A stretch of 64,000 nt of DNA from Candidatus Omnitrophota bacterium (GTDB lineage Bacteria > Omnitrophota > Gorgyraeia > Gygaellales > Profunditerraquicolaceae): assembly GCA_030693145.1 (NCBI GenBank), contig JAUYBI010000049.1, positions 7,305-71,304 on the forward strand, in the 5' to 3' direction. Numbering within the stretch: the stretch's first letter is position 1; every line of letters starts with the position of its first letter. A model generated the notes under the pieces. The model was given only the letters and a program-made list of their open reading frames with translations, was not told where the DNA came from and did no database searches. A program made the translations under genes and the position numbers. Positions 46,087 to 56,189 of the stretch are shown here, one piece after another.

Positions 46087-46986
46087 CTACTTTTTAAAAT
46101 TAGCCAAGATTGCTGTTTGGTTTAAAATTATACTCTTCCCGGTGGCCAGATTCGCCATTTCTACCAGAGCAAAATCTTTAAATTGGTAGGCATCTAAAGT
46201 ATAAGTAACTATCTTTAGGACCTCCTTATCAATATCGACACCGGCGGGAACTTCCGGCTTTTGAAATTTAAGTTTTATCCGGGTTTGAATCTGGTCCGCA
46301 ATAAACTCCTCCAAAGTTATATCCCGGTAATTTAAGTGGCTGCCAGTTTTGTCGCCGATGATTTCCGCGGAAATTGAGGTATCCTGGATAATGCGGTGCT
46401 GGTATTCGGTTTGGGAAATAAAACTATAGGAGAGTTTCTTTAAGTCCAGAAGATAAAAAATCTGTTTTATTTCAAACCCATTCCGAATATCCGCGGTAAC
46501 AATGCAGAAAAATAAAGGGATATCTTTTTTAGAGTTACCCATACTAAAAAGCACGCGGCGGATAACCTGCAATACATTAAAAATCTTTTCGTTAACCGAT
46601 TTATCCAGGGCCATCTCCTGAAGTTTTTCTTTTTCCGTAGTCGGGCGGACAAGGTAATTAACCCTTAATATTTTTTCATTCAGGGAATTCTTTTTGTCTT
46701 CCAATAAGAATCTTTCGACGTACTTTTCCGGTTTGTCGGGTTTAGAGACGATATTTTCAAGGGGCAGATATACCCAAAGAGTGCTGCCGGAAAGTTTGGT
46801 GGAGGTGTCCAGTTTATATTCTTTTTTACAGATATCTTTAACGGCTTGGGTGATATCTTCTTTTAGAAATGACGGCTTAACTGAGGAGTTACAAGCGGAT
46901 AAGAATAAGACTAAAGGGAGGAGCCTAAGGCCGGCTTTTACCAAACTCTTTGAAGATAGCTTCGATTTCATCATAATTAAGTTCAT
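46087..46986 (-). CDS. hypothetical lipoprotein
   Basis: 299 aa; signal peptide with lipobox LSAC; no domain recognised. Confidence 0.45.
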   Translation of the reverse strand: MNLIMMKSKLSSKSLVKAGLRLLPLVLFLSACNSSVKPSFLKEDITQAVKDICKKEYKLDTSTKLSGSTLWVYLPLENIVSKPDKPEKYVERFLLEDKKNSLNEKILRVNYLVRPTTEKEKLQEMALDKSVNEKIFNVLQVIRRVLFSMGNSKKDIPLFFCIVTADIRNGFEIKQIFYLLDLKKLSYSFISQTEYQHRIIQDTSISAEIIGDKTGSHLNYRDITLEEFIADQIQTRIKLKFQKPEVPAGVDIDKEVLKIVTYTLDAYQFKDFALVEMANLATGKSIILNQTAILANFKK

Positions 46987-48574
46987 CTTTGGTTACCAGC
47001 TCTTTGGCCAGCCGGTCCATGAGGGGCTCTTCTTTTTTAAGCAAATCGGTTACTTCATTAAGACAGGTCTTTAATATATCTTGAACATCAGCATCCAGCT
47101 TGGCTTTAACATCTTCGGATATTTTAGCCACAATCTCCCAGTTGCCCAAGAATCCACTTTTACCCATACCGCAAACCCAGACCATATTGTGGGCATGGTG
47201 CATGGCGCTGGAAAAGTCTCCGTATACTCCGCTGGTGGTCGCGTTATATTTAATTTTTTCAGCAGCGTATGAACCAAGGCTAATTTTTATTTTAGCCAAT
47301 AGGTCATTGGAATCTTCGATAAAGGTGTCTTCTCTTTCCGGAATCCAGGTTGCTCCGCCGGTTGGCCCGCGCGGAGTGATGGTTATTTTAAAGACATCTT
47401 TAGAAGGGGCAAGCAGATAGGTGGTAATGGCGTGCCCTGTTTCATGATAGGCAGTCTGCCATTTTTCTTTTTCGCTCAGTTTCACCCTGCGTTTTATACC
47501 CAAGGCGATTCTTTCCCGCGCTTCATCAATTTCTTTCATCGAAACCAATGCATTCTGATTGCGTACGGTAATTAAGGCGGCTTCGTGCACGATATTAGCG
47601 ATATCTGCCGGAGTTTGGCCTACAGTAATGCGCGCCAGCCGGTCAATCTTTACATCCTGGGCGTTGTATTTTATATTTTTTAGGTAATAAGCAAAAAGTT
47701 TAGTGCGGTCCTCAAGATTGGGTTTATCCACGATGATCTTACGGTCAAATCTCCCTGGCCTTAAGAGCGCCGGGTCCAGGTAGGTTTCGGGGGCGTTGGT
47801 AGCGCCGATTAAAATAATATTATAATCTTTATCTTTTAAGCCGTCCATTTCCACCAGCAGTTGATTTAAAGTAGTATTATGCTCGGTGGTCCCGCCAAAC
47901 CCGCGGTCCATCGAGCGCTGCGCGCCGATGGCATCGATTTCATCGATAAAAATAATGCAGCCACCTTCAAGCTCGGCTAGTTGTTGGGCTCTTTTAAAAA
48001 GAGAGCGCACTCTACCTGCGCCTACGCCGACAAACATTTCCACAAACTCCGAACCGGACATGGAAATAAAAGGAAGTTTGGTTTCCGTAGCGATCGCCTT
48101 GGCCAGGTAAGTTTTTCCGCAGCCAGGCGGCCCGAGCATAAGGATGCCTTTTAGGATTTTTCCCCCGATACGCTGGAGGCTCACGCGGTCAGTAATCAGC
48201 TTAACCACTTCCAGGGCTTCTTGTTTGGCCTCATCCATTCCGATAACATCCGCCCAGGTAATTCCGATATCGCCTCCGGAAATGGATTTTTTGCTAGTTT
48301 GGGAAAAGGATGAAGCTCCGCGCTTAAAATAGAGCCAGTACATTAAATAGGTGTAGACAAAACCGAAGATCAGCGCCATGATAATCTGCAGGTATAGCTG
48401 CAGAGGGATCATCGCCAGCTGCGATTGCCTAAGGTAGGATTCAGATTCATTCCAGGCGCGCAGGCCGATAATAATGAAAATCGCCAGGGAGATAGCCAAG
48501 CCGCCCAGAAAAGTAAAGAGCAGCGCTTTTAACCAGTGTAATTTTACGTAGAATCTAAATTTTTTCCAAGTCAT
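46925..48574 (-). CDS. ftsH: ATP-dependent zinc metalloprotease FtsH (short form)
   Basis: Two N-terminal TM helices, AAA+ Walker A GPPGCGKT, Walker B IIFIDEID, SRH, HEXXH zinc site HETGHA. Confidence 0.85.
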   Translation of the reverse strand: MTWKKFRFYVKLHWLKALLFTFLGGLAISLAIFIIIGLRAWNESESYLRQSQLAMIPLQLYLQIIMALIFGFVYTYLMYWLYFKRGASSFSQTSKKSISGGDIGITWADVIGMDEAKQEALEVVKLITDRVSLQRIGGKILKGILMLGPPGCGKTYLAKAIATETKLPFISMSGSEFVEMFVGVGAGRVRSLFKRAQQLAELEGGCIIFIDEIDAIGAQRSMDRGFGGTTEHNTTLNQLLVEMDGLKDKDYNIILIGATNAPETYLDPALLRPGRFDRKIIVDKPNLEDRTKLFAYYLKNIKYNAQDVKIDRLARITVGQTPADIANIVHEAALITVRNQNALVSMKEIDEARERIALGIKRRVKLSEKEKWQTAYHETGHAITTYLLAPSKDVFKITITPRGPTGGATWIPEREDTFIEDSNDLLAKIKISLGSYAAEKIKYNATTSGVYGDFSSAMHHAHNMVWVCGMGKSGFLGNWEIVAKISEDVKAKLDADVQDILKTCLNEVTDLLKKEEPLMDRLAKELVTKDELNYDEIEAIFKEFGKSRP

Positions 48575-48722
48575 TAGTGCTCCCTGCCTGTATTTTTTAA
48601 TCTGAATACTATAGAAATTAACATATCTAGAACTTTAAGTCAATTCTTTTCTTCCTTGACTTAGGTTTCTTTTTGTGTATACTTATTAAGTTCCCTAAAA
48701 AATATTAAAAAAGGAGTTTAAG

Positions 48723-49988
48723 GTGGCTAAAATCAAGCGAGTTTTCGCACGAGAAATCCTAGATTCACGGGGCAACCCCACAATTGAAGTGGATTGTCTT
48801 TTGAGTAATGGTATTTTAGGCCGGGCTGCGGTTCCTTCGGGCGCTTCTACCGGAGATAAAGAGGCTTTAGAGTTAAGGGATAATGATCCTGCCAGGTATT
48901 TAGGTAAAGGGGTATTAAAGGCAGTCGCTAATGTTAACGGCCTGATTAATTCCGCAGTTAAAGGGCGCGCCGCAGATTTTTTTAAGATCGATAAACTTTT
49001 AATTAAACTCGACGGCACGGAGTTTAAGTCCAAGTTGGGGGCAAACGCTATTTTGGGGGTTTCCCTGGCCGTGGCTAAAGCTGAAGCGCTTTCTAAGAAG
49101 CAGCCGCTTTATAAATTTCTGGGAAAAGATAAAGCAAAAATTTTGCCTATTCCGCTAATGAATATTTTAAACGGCGGGATGCACGCGGATAACAATTTAG
49201 ATATTCAGGAGTTTATGATTGCCCCGCAAGGCGCCCCGGACTTTTCCAATGCCCTGCGTATGGCCACCGAGGTTTTTCATAAGTTAAAATCCATCCTTAA
49301 ATCTAAAAAACTTTCTACTTCCGTCGGCGACGAAGGCGGTTTTGCTCCCAACCTTAATTCTAATGAAGAGGCCTTAAGTTTAATTATCGAGGCGATAAAA
49401 GCAGCCGGATACCTTCCGGGTAAAGATATTTCTTTGGCCCTAGATTGCGCGGCCAGCTCTTTTTGTAAAGATGGTAAATATACCTTTGAAGGATCGCCTA
49501 AGAGCTCTGAGGATTTAATCGCTATTTATGAGGGGTGGCTTGAGCGTTATCCGATTTTATCCATTGAAGATGGCCTTTCGGAGCATGATTGGGCGGGTTG
49601 GCGCCAGATGACCGAAAGAATCGGCGGTAAAGTGCAGTTAGTGGGGGATGATATTTTTGTCACTAACCCCAAGATATTCAAAAAAGGGATTGCGGAAAAA
49701 ATAGGCAATGCTATACTAATTAAGGTTAATCAGATCGGCTCATTATCGGAAACGCTGGAAGCGATTGCGATTGCCAAGAAGAATAAATACCGGGCCATAA
49801 TTTCGCATCGTTCCGGGGAAACTGAAGATACGACGATCGCGCACTTAGCGGTGGCCACCGGCGTAGGGCAGATTAAGACTGGGTCTTTGTCGCGCACCGA
49901 TAGGGTTTGTAAATATAACGAGCTGTTGAGGATTCAAGAGGAATTAGGTAAAAAAGCAGTTTATGCGGGGAAGATTTGGAAGAAGTAA
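48723..49988 (+). CDS. eno: enolase
   Basis: 421 aa; [11 protein letters not shown]-terminus, [12 protein letters not shown] and SHRSGETED signature motifs. Confidence 0.95.
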   Translation: MAKIKRVFAREILDSRGNPTIEVDCLLSNGILGRAAVPSGASTGDKEALELRDNDPARYLGKGVLKAVANVNGLINSAVKGRAADFFKIDKLLIKLDGTEFKSKLGANAILGVSLAVAKAEALSKKQPLYKFLGKDKAKILPIPLMNILNGGMHADNNLDIQEFMIAPQGAPDFSNALRMATEVFHKLKSILKSKKLSTSVGDEGGFAPNLNSNEEALSLIIEAIKAAGYLPGKDISLALDCAASSFCKDGKYTFEGSPKSSEDLIAIYEGWLERYPILSIEDGLSEHDWAGWRQMTERIGGKVQLVGDDIFVTNPKIFKKGIAEKIGNAILIKVNQIGSLSETLEAIAIAKKNKYRAIISHRSGETEDTTIAHLAVATGVGQIKTGSLSRTDRVCKYNELLRIQEELGKKAVYAGKIWKK

Positions 49989-50285
49989 ATGCTTTCCACG
50001 TTAAGAAAGTCGCTTTGGCTTTTTAGTTTTGCAGTTTTGCTTTTGATTTTATTCCTGCCGGGTTATACTAAGCTGCAGGAATCAAGAGCCAAGAATCGCC
50101 GGTTGGAAGAGAAGTTTCATAATATGGCTATTGAAAATTCTCTTCTTCAGGAGGAGCTCAAGCGGGTTCAGAATGACCCGTTTTATCAAGAAAAAATTGT
50201 CCGGGATAAGATGGGGGTGGTAAGGAAAGGCGAAATTCCCATTAAGATTTTCTCGGGTAAGAAGCAAGAGAACCGGCTTTGGTAA
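49989..50285 (+). CDS. ftsB: septum formation initiator (FtsB/DivIC family)
   Basis: 98 aa, N-terminal TM then coiled coil, C-terminal FYQEKIVRDKMGVVRKGE motif. Confidence 0.65.
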   Translation: MLSTLRKSLWLFSFAVLLLILFLPGYTKLQESRAKNRRLEEKFHNMAIENSLLQEELKRVQNDPFYQEKIVRDKMGVVRKGEIPIKIFSGKKQENRLW

Positions 50286-50380
50286 ATAAATTAATAAATT
50301 TTTTATACAAATAAGTGATATAATATATCTGTTCTTTAAAAAGTTTCGCGGGGTGGAGCAGCCTGGTAGCTCGCAAGGCT

Positions 50381-51016
50381 CAAATGGATACAAAACTCAA
50401 AGCAGATATTGCAGAATCAGCTGTAACAACTGAGCTTCTTAAAAGAAGCTTTAGGGTGTTACAACCTATAGGAGATCGGCTAGCCTACGATTTAGGAGTA
50501 GATCTTCAAGGTAGGTTGTTGCGCATACAGGTGAAGAGTGCTTGGTTTAACGCCAAAGATAATTGCTATGTTGTTGATGGGCGTAGAACTAAGACAAATC
50601 GCCGGCGTATGTTAAGAAAGCACTACAGCGCTGAAGATTTTGATTTTGCAATTATTTACCTTGCTGATTTGCAAGTGTTTTATGTTATGCCTGTAGCAGT
50701 TTTTTCTAGCTATGGAAGCACAGTAACATTGATAGAAAAAATTAAAAGGCAGCGTAAACCTAAATCAGCAGAGTATAGGGAGCGTTGGGATTTGTTATCC
50801 GATGGGCTCTTCAGCCGGTAACGGTTGAAGGATAACCTGTCAAATTCGGTGAAGCCTTAATTTGCAAAGGTAATACCGAGCCAAGTTCGCCAATATTTGT
50901 GGCGAAAAGGTGTAGAGACTAAACGGCAGGGACCCGCCATAGGATTTTGGCGGGCCAAGATATAGTCCAGACTACGAATTCACTATTTGTGAAGCAGCGC
51001 AAGCTGAAGTAGTAAG
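50381..51016 (+). other. group I (IC3-like) self-splicing intron in tRNA-fMet anticodon loop
   Basis: 5' exon ends in U, insert ends in G (GAAGTAGTAAG). 3' ~195 nt carries bacterial tRNA group I core motifs GTCAAATTCGGTGAAGCCTAA, CCGAGCCAAG, AAGGTGTAGAGACTAAACGGCAGGG as in the Azoarcus/cyanobacterial tRNA introns. Confidence 0.75.
50384..50821 (+). CDS. intron-encoded PD-(D/E)XK-family homing endonuclease (I-Ssp6803I-like)
   Basis: 145 aa ORF filling the 5' part of the intron. E11, D36, Q49-V-K51 match the E/D/QxK catalytic constellation of I-Ssp6803I from the Synechocystis tRNA-fMet intron. Confidence 0.55.
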   Translation: MDTKLKADIAESAVTTELLKRSFRVLQPIGDRLAYDLGVDLQGRLLRIQVKSAWFNAKDNCYVVDGRRTKTNRRRMLRKHYSAEDFDFAIIYLADLQVFYVMPVAVFSSYGSTVTLIEKIKRQRKPKSAEYRERWDLLSDGLFSR

Positions 51017-51093
51017 CATAACCTTGAGGTCGTCCGTTCAAATCGGGCCCCCGCAACCATGTAAATCTCTCGAACTTTAGATTGAGAGATAAA

Positions 51094-51131
51094 AATAGCC
51101 CTGATTAGCTTTGCTAGCCAGGGCTATTTTT
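51094..51131 (+). terminator. rho-independent terminator after tRNA-fMet
   Basis: ATAGCCCTG-loop-CAGGGCTAT followed by TTTTTAT. Confidence 0.7.
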
Positions 51132-51629
51132 ATGTCTTGATGTGTCAAATGGTTAGGACATTATTTATTCTGTCGTTTTGCCATTAGCGAATACCCCCGT
51201 AGGTTCGAAGAAGTCAGCCAAATAAATCTCGTCGAACCATCTCTTTATCTCAGAATTGGCGATTAGTTTCTCGCAGTTAGTGTCGCGCTTATTAGGCTAT
51301 ATATTGAATATTTTGATAAAATAATAGGCGAGAAACTGTAAAATACGTCTTTTTATCTCTGTCGTGCCATATTTCTGAGTGGTCAGGAAGGATATATTAT
51401 TTTTATGGATGGTAGAGTCCAAAAAATCAAGCCATTTTTTGTTGTTAATAGCTTATAATGTGGTACTATAAAGTAAAATTAGATTTAGCATTTTTTAAGA
51501 ATTGGTATAACTTATAGCGTAGGTCCTGAATATTGAATCTAATTTATTGAAAAGCCTAAGAGAATAATTTCAAGTTTCAAGGGTTAACCCTGATGTTTTT
51601 TCTTATACTTATTTCCTCGAGGATCTAAA

Positions 51630-52283
51630 ATGATGTTGTGGCCAAAGTTTTTTGTTATAGTTTGCGCGTCTTATGTCCTTGGGTCTATTCCCTATGGGTT
51701 CATCATCGCAAAATTATTTAAGAAAATTGATATCCGAACTGTCGGATCAGGAAATGTCGGAGCAAAGAACTTGGCACGAGTTTTGGGTAGGCGATGGGGC
51801 ATTATTACTTTTCTGATGGATGCGTTGAAAGGTTCCGTTGCAGTTATTACTGCACATCTCATAATGCGTGAATATAAATATTTTCAACCATCAATTTATG
51901 AAATGGGACTGATTGTTGCCGGCCTTTTTTCGGTTATCGGGCACAATTGGACGATTTTGTTGGGTTTTAAGGGTGGTAAAGGTCTCTCAACTAGCATAGG
52001 AGTTCTTTTAGCTTTAAGTCTATTTTTGCCATATTTGAGAGTTATTTCTTTTGCCGGAATAGGTACTTTTGTCATCGCGTTCCTCGTACTTAAAAATCAC
52101 TTTATATCCGCAAGTCTGGCAATAGTGATCTATTTTTTATTATGTTTTATTTATCCTTTGATTAATATTCAATATAAAATATTTATATTTCTTTTGAGTT
52201 TTATTCTGCTAGTGAGACACACTGATAATTTTAAGGACATAAGTAAAAAATATAGAGCGCAAGCTTTAAAAAATGCTGAATAA
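51630..52283 (+). CDS. plsY: glycerol-3-phosphate acyltransferase PlsY
   Basis: 217 aa, 5-6 TM; SIPYGF, GSGNVGAKN and GFKGGKGL motifs. Confidence 0.85.
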   Translation: MMLWPKFFVIVCASYVLGSIPYGFIIAKLFKKIDIRTVGSGNVGAKNLARVLGRRWGIITFLMDALKGSVAVITAHLIMREYKYFQPSIYEMGLIVAGLFSVIGHNWTILLGFKGGKGLSTSIGVLLALSLFLPYLRVISFAGIGTFVIAFLVLKNHFISASLAIVIYFLLCFIYPLINIQYKIFIFLLSFILLVRHTDNFKDISKKYRAQALKNAE

Positions 52284-52827
52284 ACTTGTATTTAAAATCG
52301 CGGATTGTAAAGAGGAGTTCGAGCAGATTTATCGATTGAATTATGATACTTTTGTCAAAGAAATTCCTCAGCACGCCGGCAATCCCAGTAATCAATTAAT
52401 TGACAAGTTTCATAGTAAGAATACTTATTGCATCGCTAAAGATCAAAAAGAAGTGGTGGGCATGATTAGCGCTTGCGACGATCGGCCGTTTTCAGTGGAA
52501 CAAAAAATAGATAACTTCGATGATTTTTTTCCTAAAAACAGAAAAATACTTGAATTACGCCTCTTAAGTATAAAGAAAAAATATCGTAAAGGACTTGTAT
52601 TCAAAGCGTTGATTAAAACTCTCTATGAGCGCGTTATAAAAGGGCGTTACGAATTTATTGTTATTTCCGGCACATTGAGAGAAGTGAAGCTTTATCAACA
52701 CATCGGTTTTGTCCCTTTCGGAGGACTCGTTGGGTCAAAAGAGGCTCCCTATCAACCCATGTTTATTGAAGAAAAAATGATCAATGTCTTTACTGGTAAA
52801 TTTTTCGATGAAATCAATTCAAACTAA
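52273..52827 (+). CDS. GNAT-fold N-acyltransferase family protein
   Basis: 184 aa; acyl-CoA N-acyltransferase-like core (VVGMISAC ... YQHIGFVPFG); function inferred only from fold-level resemblance. Confidence 0.4.
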   Translation: MLNKLVFKIADCKEEFEQIYRLNYDTFVKEIPQHAGNPSNQLIDKFHSKNTYCIAKDQKEVVGMISACDDRPFSVEQKIDNFDDFFPKNRKILELRLLSIKKKYRKGLVFKALIKTLYERVIKGRYEFIVISGTLREVKLYQHIGFVPFGGLVGSKEAPYQPMFIEEKMINVFTGKFFDEINSN

Positions 52828-53872
52828 AAAAACAAGAAAAATCAATCTTCTCCCAGGTCCTATTTATATTCATGACCGGGTAAAAAGTGATTTTGGTAGA
52901 GTTCCGATCTCTCATAGAGATGATTCTTTTTCTGGTAGCTTAAAAAAGGTCAAAGGATTGCTCCACTCTTTAACTCGTTGTAAAAAAGTGGAAGTTTGTC
53001 TTGGCACCGGTACGCTGGCGAACGATATCATAGCATCTCAGTTATCATTATTGAATAAAAGAGGGCTGATTCTCTCGAATGGAGAATTTGGAGAAAGGTT
53101 GATTCGTCACGCTCAGGGATTTGGGTTAAAATATCAGAATATCAAAATGCGGTGGGGCACCGCTTTTGATTATCAAAGAATCAATTTGACAATAAATAGA
53201 AATAACATCCAATGGATATGGTTTGTTCATCACGAAACATCTACGGGTATGCTGAATGATTTTAACCGGCTCCTGGGCTTATCGAGAAAATTTAAACTTC
53301 TTTTTTGCGTGGACTGCATTAGTTCCATCGGAGCTTATCCCATTAAACTTGCCGAAGTAGACTTTGCTTCCGGAACAAGCGGGAAAGCCATAGGTGCCTA
53401 TCCCGGACTGTCGTTTGTTTTTTATAAAAAGGCATACCTTTCAAAGGCAAGGAATGTTCCGGCGTATCTTGATCTACGGATGTATAGAAAAAAATTCGGA
53501 ATACCATTTACCTCGTCATCAAACTTACTTTCGGCTTTAAAAAATGCTCTTCAACTGCTATTGAGAGACAGAAAAAAATTCCGGAGAATTCAAAAACAAA
53601 ACCAATGGATAAGAAAACAAGTTATTAAGACAAATGTACAGATCCTTGTAGAAAATGAGCGGGAATCGCCGTTGATGACCACGTTTCGTATTCCATCAAA
53701 GGTAGGTTCACATATCATAGGAAAAAATCTAAGGGACCGAGGTTTTCTTGTACATTATCAAGGAGAATATTTGCGTAACAGAAATTGGGTGCAAATAGTC
53801 AGTTTCAGCTTGTATTCCCGGCAGCATCTAAAGCCGATGTTTGACTATCTCAAGAAACGGTTAAAGATCTAA
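52808..53872 (+). CDS. class V aminotransferase (serine-pyruvate/AGXT family-like)
   Basis: N-terminal LLPGPI motif, ~355 aa PLP-fold pattern; ATG 52808 overlapping upstream gene. Confidence 0.55.
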   Translation: MKSIQTKKTRKINLLPGPIYIHDRVKSDFGRVPISHRDDSFSGSLKKVKGLLHSLTRCKKVEVCLGTGTLANDIIASQLSLLNKRGLILSNGEFGERLIRHAQGFGLKYQNIKMRWGTAFDYQRINLTINRNNIQWIWFVHHETSTGMLNDFNRLLGLSRKFKLLFCVDCISSIGAYPIKLAEVDFASGTSGKAIGAYPGLSFVFYKKAYLSKARNVPAYLDLRMYRKKFGIPFTSSSNLLSALKNALQLLLRDRKKFRRIQKQNQWIRKQVIKTNVQILVENERESPLMTTFRIPSKVGSHIIGKNLRDRGFLVHYQGEYLRNRNWVQIVSFSLYSRQHLKPMFDYLKKRLKI

Positions 53873-53876
53873 TCGC

Positions 53877-54440
53877 ATGTCCGACTTGAAGAGAAAGAAA
53901 ATTACGATCTGCCGGCACTTTCGTACTCAAAATACCTCTGATTGGGAATGGATGTCCGCCCAAAAATTCAATGAATGGGTTAGATTCTACGAAAGTTCTC
54001 TCCCTTTAAAAGGGCATAAAGGAGAATCAGACAGTAAAGACTGGGAAATCTGCGTTTCAAGTAGTTTGCCTAGGGCTATCGCAACAGCGCAGATTTACGC
54101 AAAAAACATTCCAATCGAATATAATTCGGATCTCAATGAAGTGCCGTTTGTGCATTTCAATAATAGTTTTTTTTTGCCCAAGGCTGGTTGGCTTTTTATA
54201 AGCCGTCTTTGCTGGTTTTTCGGAAACGGCGAATATGAAAATAGAAAAAAGACAGTTTCTCGTGTAAATAAAGTGATAATGATGCTGAGAGAGAAGAATG
54301 AAAGAAGTATTTTAATAGTCAGCCATGGGTTCTTTATGAATTGTCTTGCTAGAGAGCTTAAATTATTACGTTTTAAAGGACATCTTTCTATCTATCCGAA
54401 ACATGGAAAGTTTTATATTTTTGAGTCGTATTCGATATAA
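53877..54440 (+). CDS. histidine phosphatase superfamily protein
   Basis: ICRHFRT (RHxxT) near N-terminus and IVSHG near C-terminus. Confidence 0.5.
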   Translation: MSDLKRKKITICRHFRTQNTSDWEWMSAQKFNEWVRFYESSLPLKGHKGESDSKDWEICVSSSLPRAIATAQIYAKNIPIEYNSDLNEVPFVHFNNSFFLPKAGWLFISRLCWFFGNGEYENRKKTVSRVNKVIMMLREKNERSILIVSHGFFMNCLARELKLLRFKGHLSIYPKHGKFYIFESYSI

Positions 54441-54524
54441 AATTTCACTTATGTTAATAGCTTAAATTAGTGGTATAATAAGTTTAAAGTAAGTGGATTA
54501 TTTTTTTAAGAGTAGGAGGATCCA

Positions 54525-56189
54525 ATGATGTATTTAGGTATAATAAGCAGCTTGTTATGGTGGGCAGTTATTATTTTCGTTATTGTGAAATTAGCTTCCG
54601 GTAGTCGTAAAAAACATTATTCCTGGTTGCAACGGGAGTTGCCGTTATGGGAAGAAAAAAATATTGTTAACAAAGAGCAAGGCGATGCCGTTTTAAGCCT
54701 TTATAAGCTAAAGAGAGTTACCGCCAGAAAGAAGATGGATATGGTCAAAGTCCTTACTCTTATCGGCGTTATATTTGTGGGCTTAGGCGTTATCTTTTTT
54801 GTGGGTTCTAACTGGCAGAGAATTCCTTCTCACATCAGGACTATTATGCTTTTAGCCATAACTATTACTACATTGTATGAAGGGTACTTCTTTAGTTACG
54901 AAAAAGAGGGCTTTGTTAATTTAGGTAAAAGTTTATTACTTTTAGCCTCACTTTTTTGGGGAGGGACTATAGCGCTAATTGGACAGATTTATAATATTCC
55001 TACCTCTGAAAACTGGTATATCATGCTGCTGTGGGCTTTTCCTATTGTGCCAATTGCCATTCTTTTTAAGAATGATTATGTGCATATTCTTGCGTCTGTT
55101 TTGTTCGTTATCTGGAACTTTCTTTATGGTAGCGATAACAATATAGCTAATTATTATTACCCCAGTATTGTTTTTCTCCTAATGTTACCAACGGCTAAGA
55201 ATTTAATTTTAAGCCGCAGGATTAATATTATCGGCCTACTGTCAGCAAGCCTCTACTGTTGTTTTAATAAATATGAGTGGTTGGCGCTTTTGATAAGCGC
55301 GGGTTTATTGGTCGGCTATCTCGCCCAGAAAGAAGAGCGTGCTTATCTTTATGCCGCTTGTCTTTCGTTTATTTTCTGGGATATTACTTATTTTACCGTA
55401 AGACAACTTCAGCCTAATTTATATTTTCTTCTGCCTTTGGGATTTATGCTTTATTTGACGTACAGAGATAATATAGAGAAAAATTTAGTTTTTTGCCTGG
55501 CAGGTTTAATGATCGGGATAAATTTAGCGCTATCTTCGGTTTCTCAGATAGTCAATTATCCGTTCAACGGGCTACAATTTACAATCTTTCAATTATTGTT
55601 GGGGTTATCTATTTATTCTGTAGGGATTGCTTCCCGGAATAGAGAATATTTATTTCCTGTAATTTATAAAATAATTGGCTACTTGGTTACATTTATTTGT
55701 GTATATCTTTTAGCGTTTAAGGCGCTCTTAGGCGAATGGGGAGGAGCAGCAAACAATGTATATCTATTCGGATCTCTGATTTTAGCGGGGATTATAGCTC
55801 TGCTTGTGGTAGATGAAAGAAGGTCCGGTAATTTCAATAATAAATCTAGCCTTATAGAATTAGCAGCCCTGGTAGTAGCTTTGGTGGGAAGCATTATTTT
55901 ATTGGTTAGTCCACGTACAGTATTGTTGAATACTATAACGATGAATAGTGTTTTGGTAGTTTTTGCACTCAGTAGCATTTTCTTAGGCGTGGAACTGAAA
56001 AAGCCTCCCATTTTTACTTTGGGTATTGTACTTTTTGCCTTATTTATTATTACGCGTTATATTGATGTCACTTGGGCATTAAAAGAAAAATCCCTATTCT
56101 TTATAGTTGGGGGATTGGTTATTTTATTTCTCGGGACGTTTCTAGAGAAACAAAGAAGAAAGATTATAGAAAGGATGAAGCCAGAATGA
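54525..56189 (+). CDS. polytopic membrane protein (DUF2157/DUF4401-like)
   Basis: 554 aa with >12 hydrophobic helices; precedes a GDYXXLXY protein as in the known DUF2157-DUF4401-GDYXXLXY cassette. Confidence 0.45.
   Translation: MMYLGIISSLLWWAVIIFVIVKLASGSRKKHYSWLQRELPLWEEKNIVNKEQGDAVLSLYKLKRVTARKKMDMVKVLTLIGVIFVGLGVIFFVGSNWQRIPSHIRTIMLLAITITTLYEGYFFSYEKEGFVNLGKSLLLLASLFWGGTIALIGQIYNIPTSENWYIMLLWAFPIVPIAILFKNDYVHILASVLFVIWNFLYGSDNNIANYYYPSIVFLLMLPTAKNLILSRRINIIGLLSASLYCCFNKYEWLALLISAGLLVGYLAQKEERAYLYAACLSFIFWDITYFTVRQLQPNLYFLLPLGFMLYLTYRDNIEKNLVFCLAGLMIGINLALSSVSQIVNYPFNGLQFTIFQLLLGLSIYSVGIASRNREYLFPVIYKIIGYLVTFICVYLLAFKALLGEWGGAANNVYLFGSLILAGIIALLVVDERRSGNFNNKSSLIELAALVVALVGSIILLVSPRTVLLNTITMNSVLVVFALSSIFLGVELKKPPIFTLGIVLFALFIITRYIDVTWALKEKSLFFIVGGLVILFLGTFLEKQRRKIIERMKPE

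Larger units (their letters stand above)
50347..51059 (+). tRNA. initiator tRNA-fMet (CAU) interrupted by a group I intron; exon1 50347-50380, exon2 51017-51059
   Basis: Exon1 CGCGGGGTGGAGCAGCCTGGTAGCTCGCAAGGCT. Exon2 CATAACCTTGAGGTCGTCCGTTCAAATCGGGCCCCCGCAACCA. Joined they give a canonical initiator tRNA: C1:A72 mismatch, three G-C pairs in the anticodon stem, covarying T-stem GTCCG/CGGGC, encoded CCA. Confidence 0.8.

Noticed and set aside
47081-48332. Several forward-strand ORFs (47081, 47100, 47886, 48144) antisense to ftsH and the neighbouring lipoprotein gene
   Set aside because: All lie inside the strongly supported reverse-strand FtsH CDS (Walker A/B, HEXXH); none has an RBS.
50340-51070. 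Alternative reading of the split tRNA-fMet as two tRNA pseudogene fragments or a split/permuted tRNA
   Set aside because: The intervening sequence carries multiple conserved group I catalytic-core motifs and proper U(-1)/G(omega) splice-site nucleotides. The exons join into a perfect initiator tRNA with an encoded CCA. An intron is far more parsimonious.
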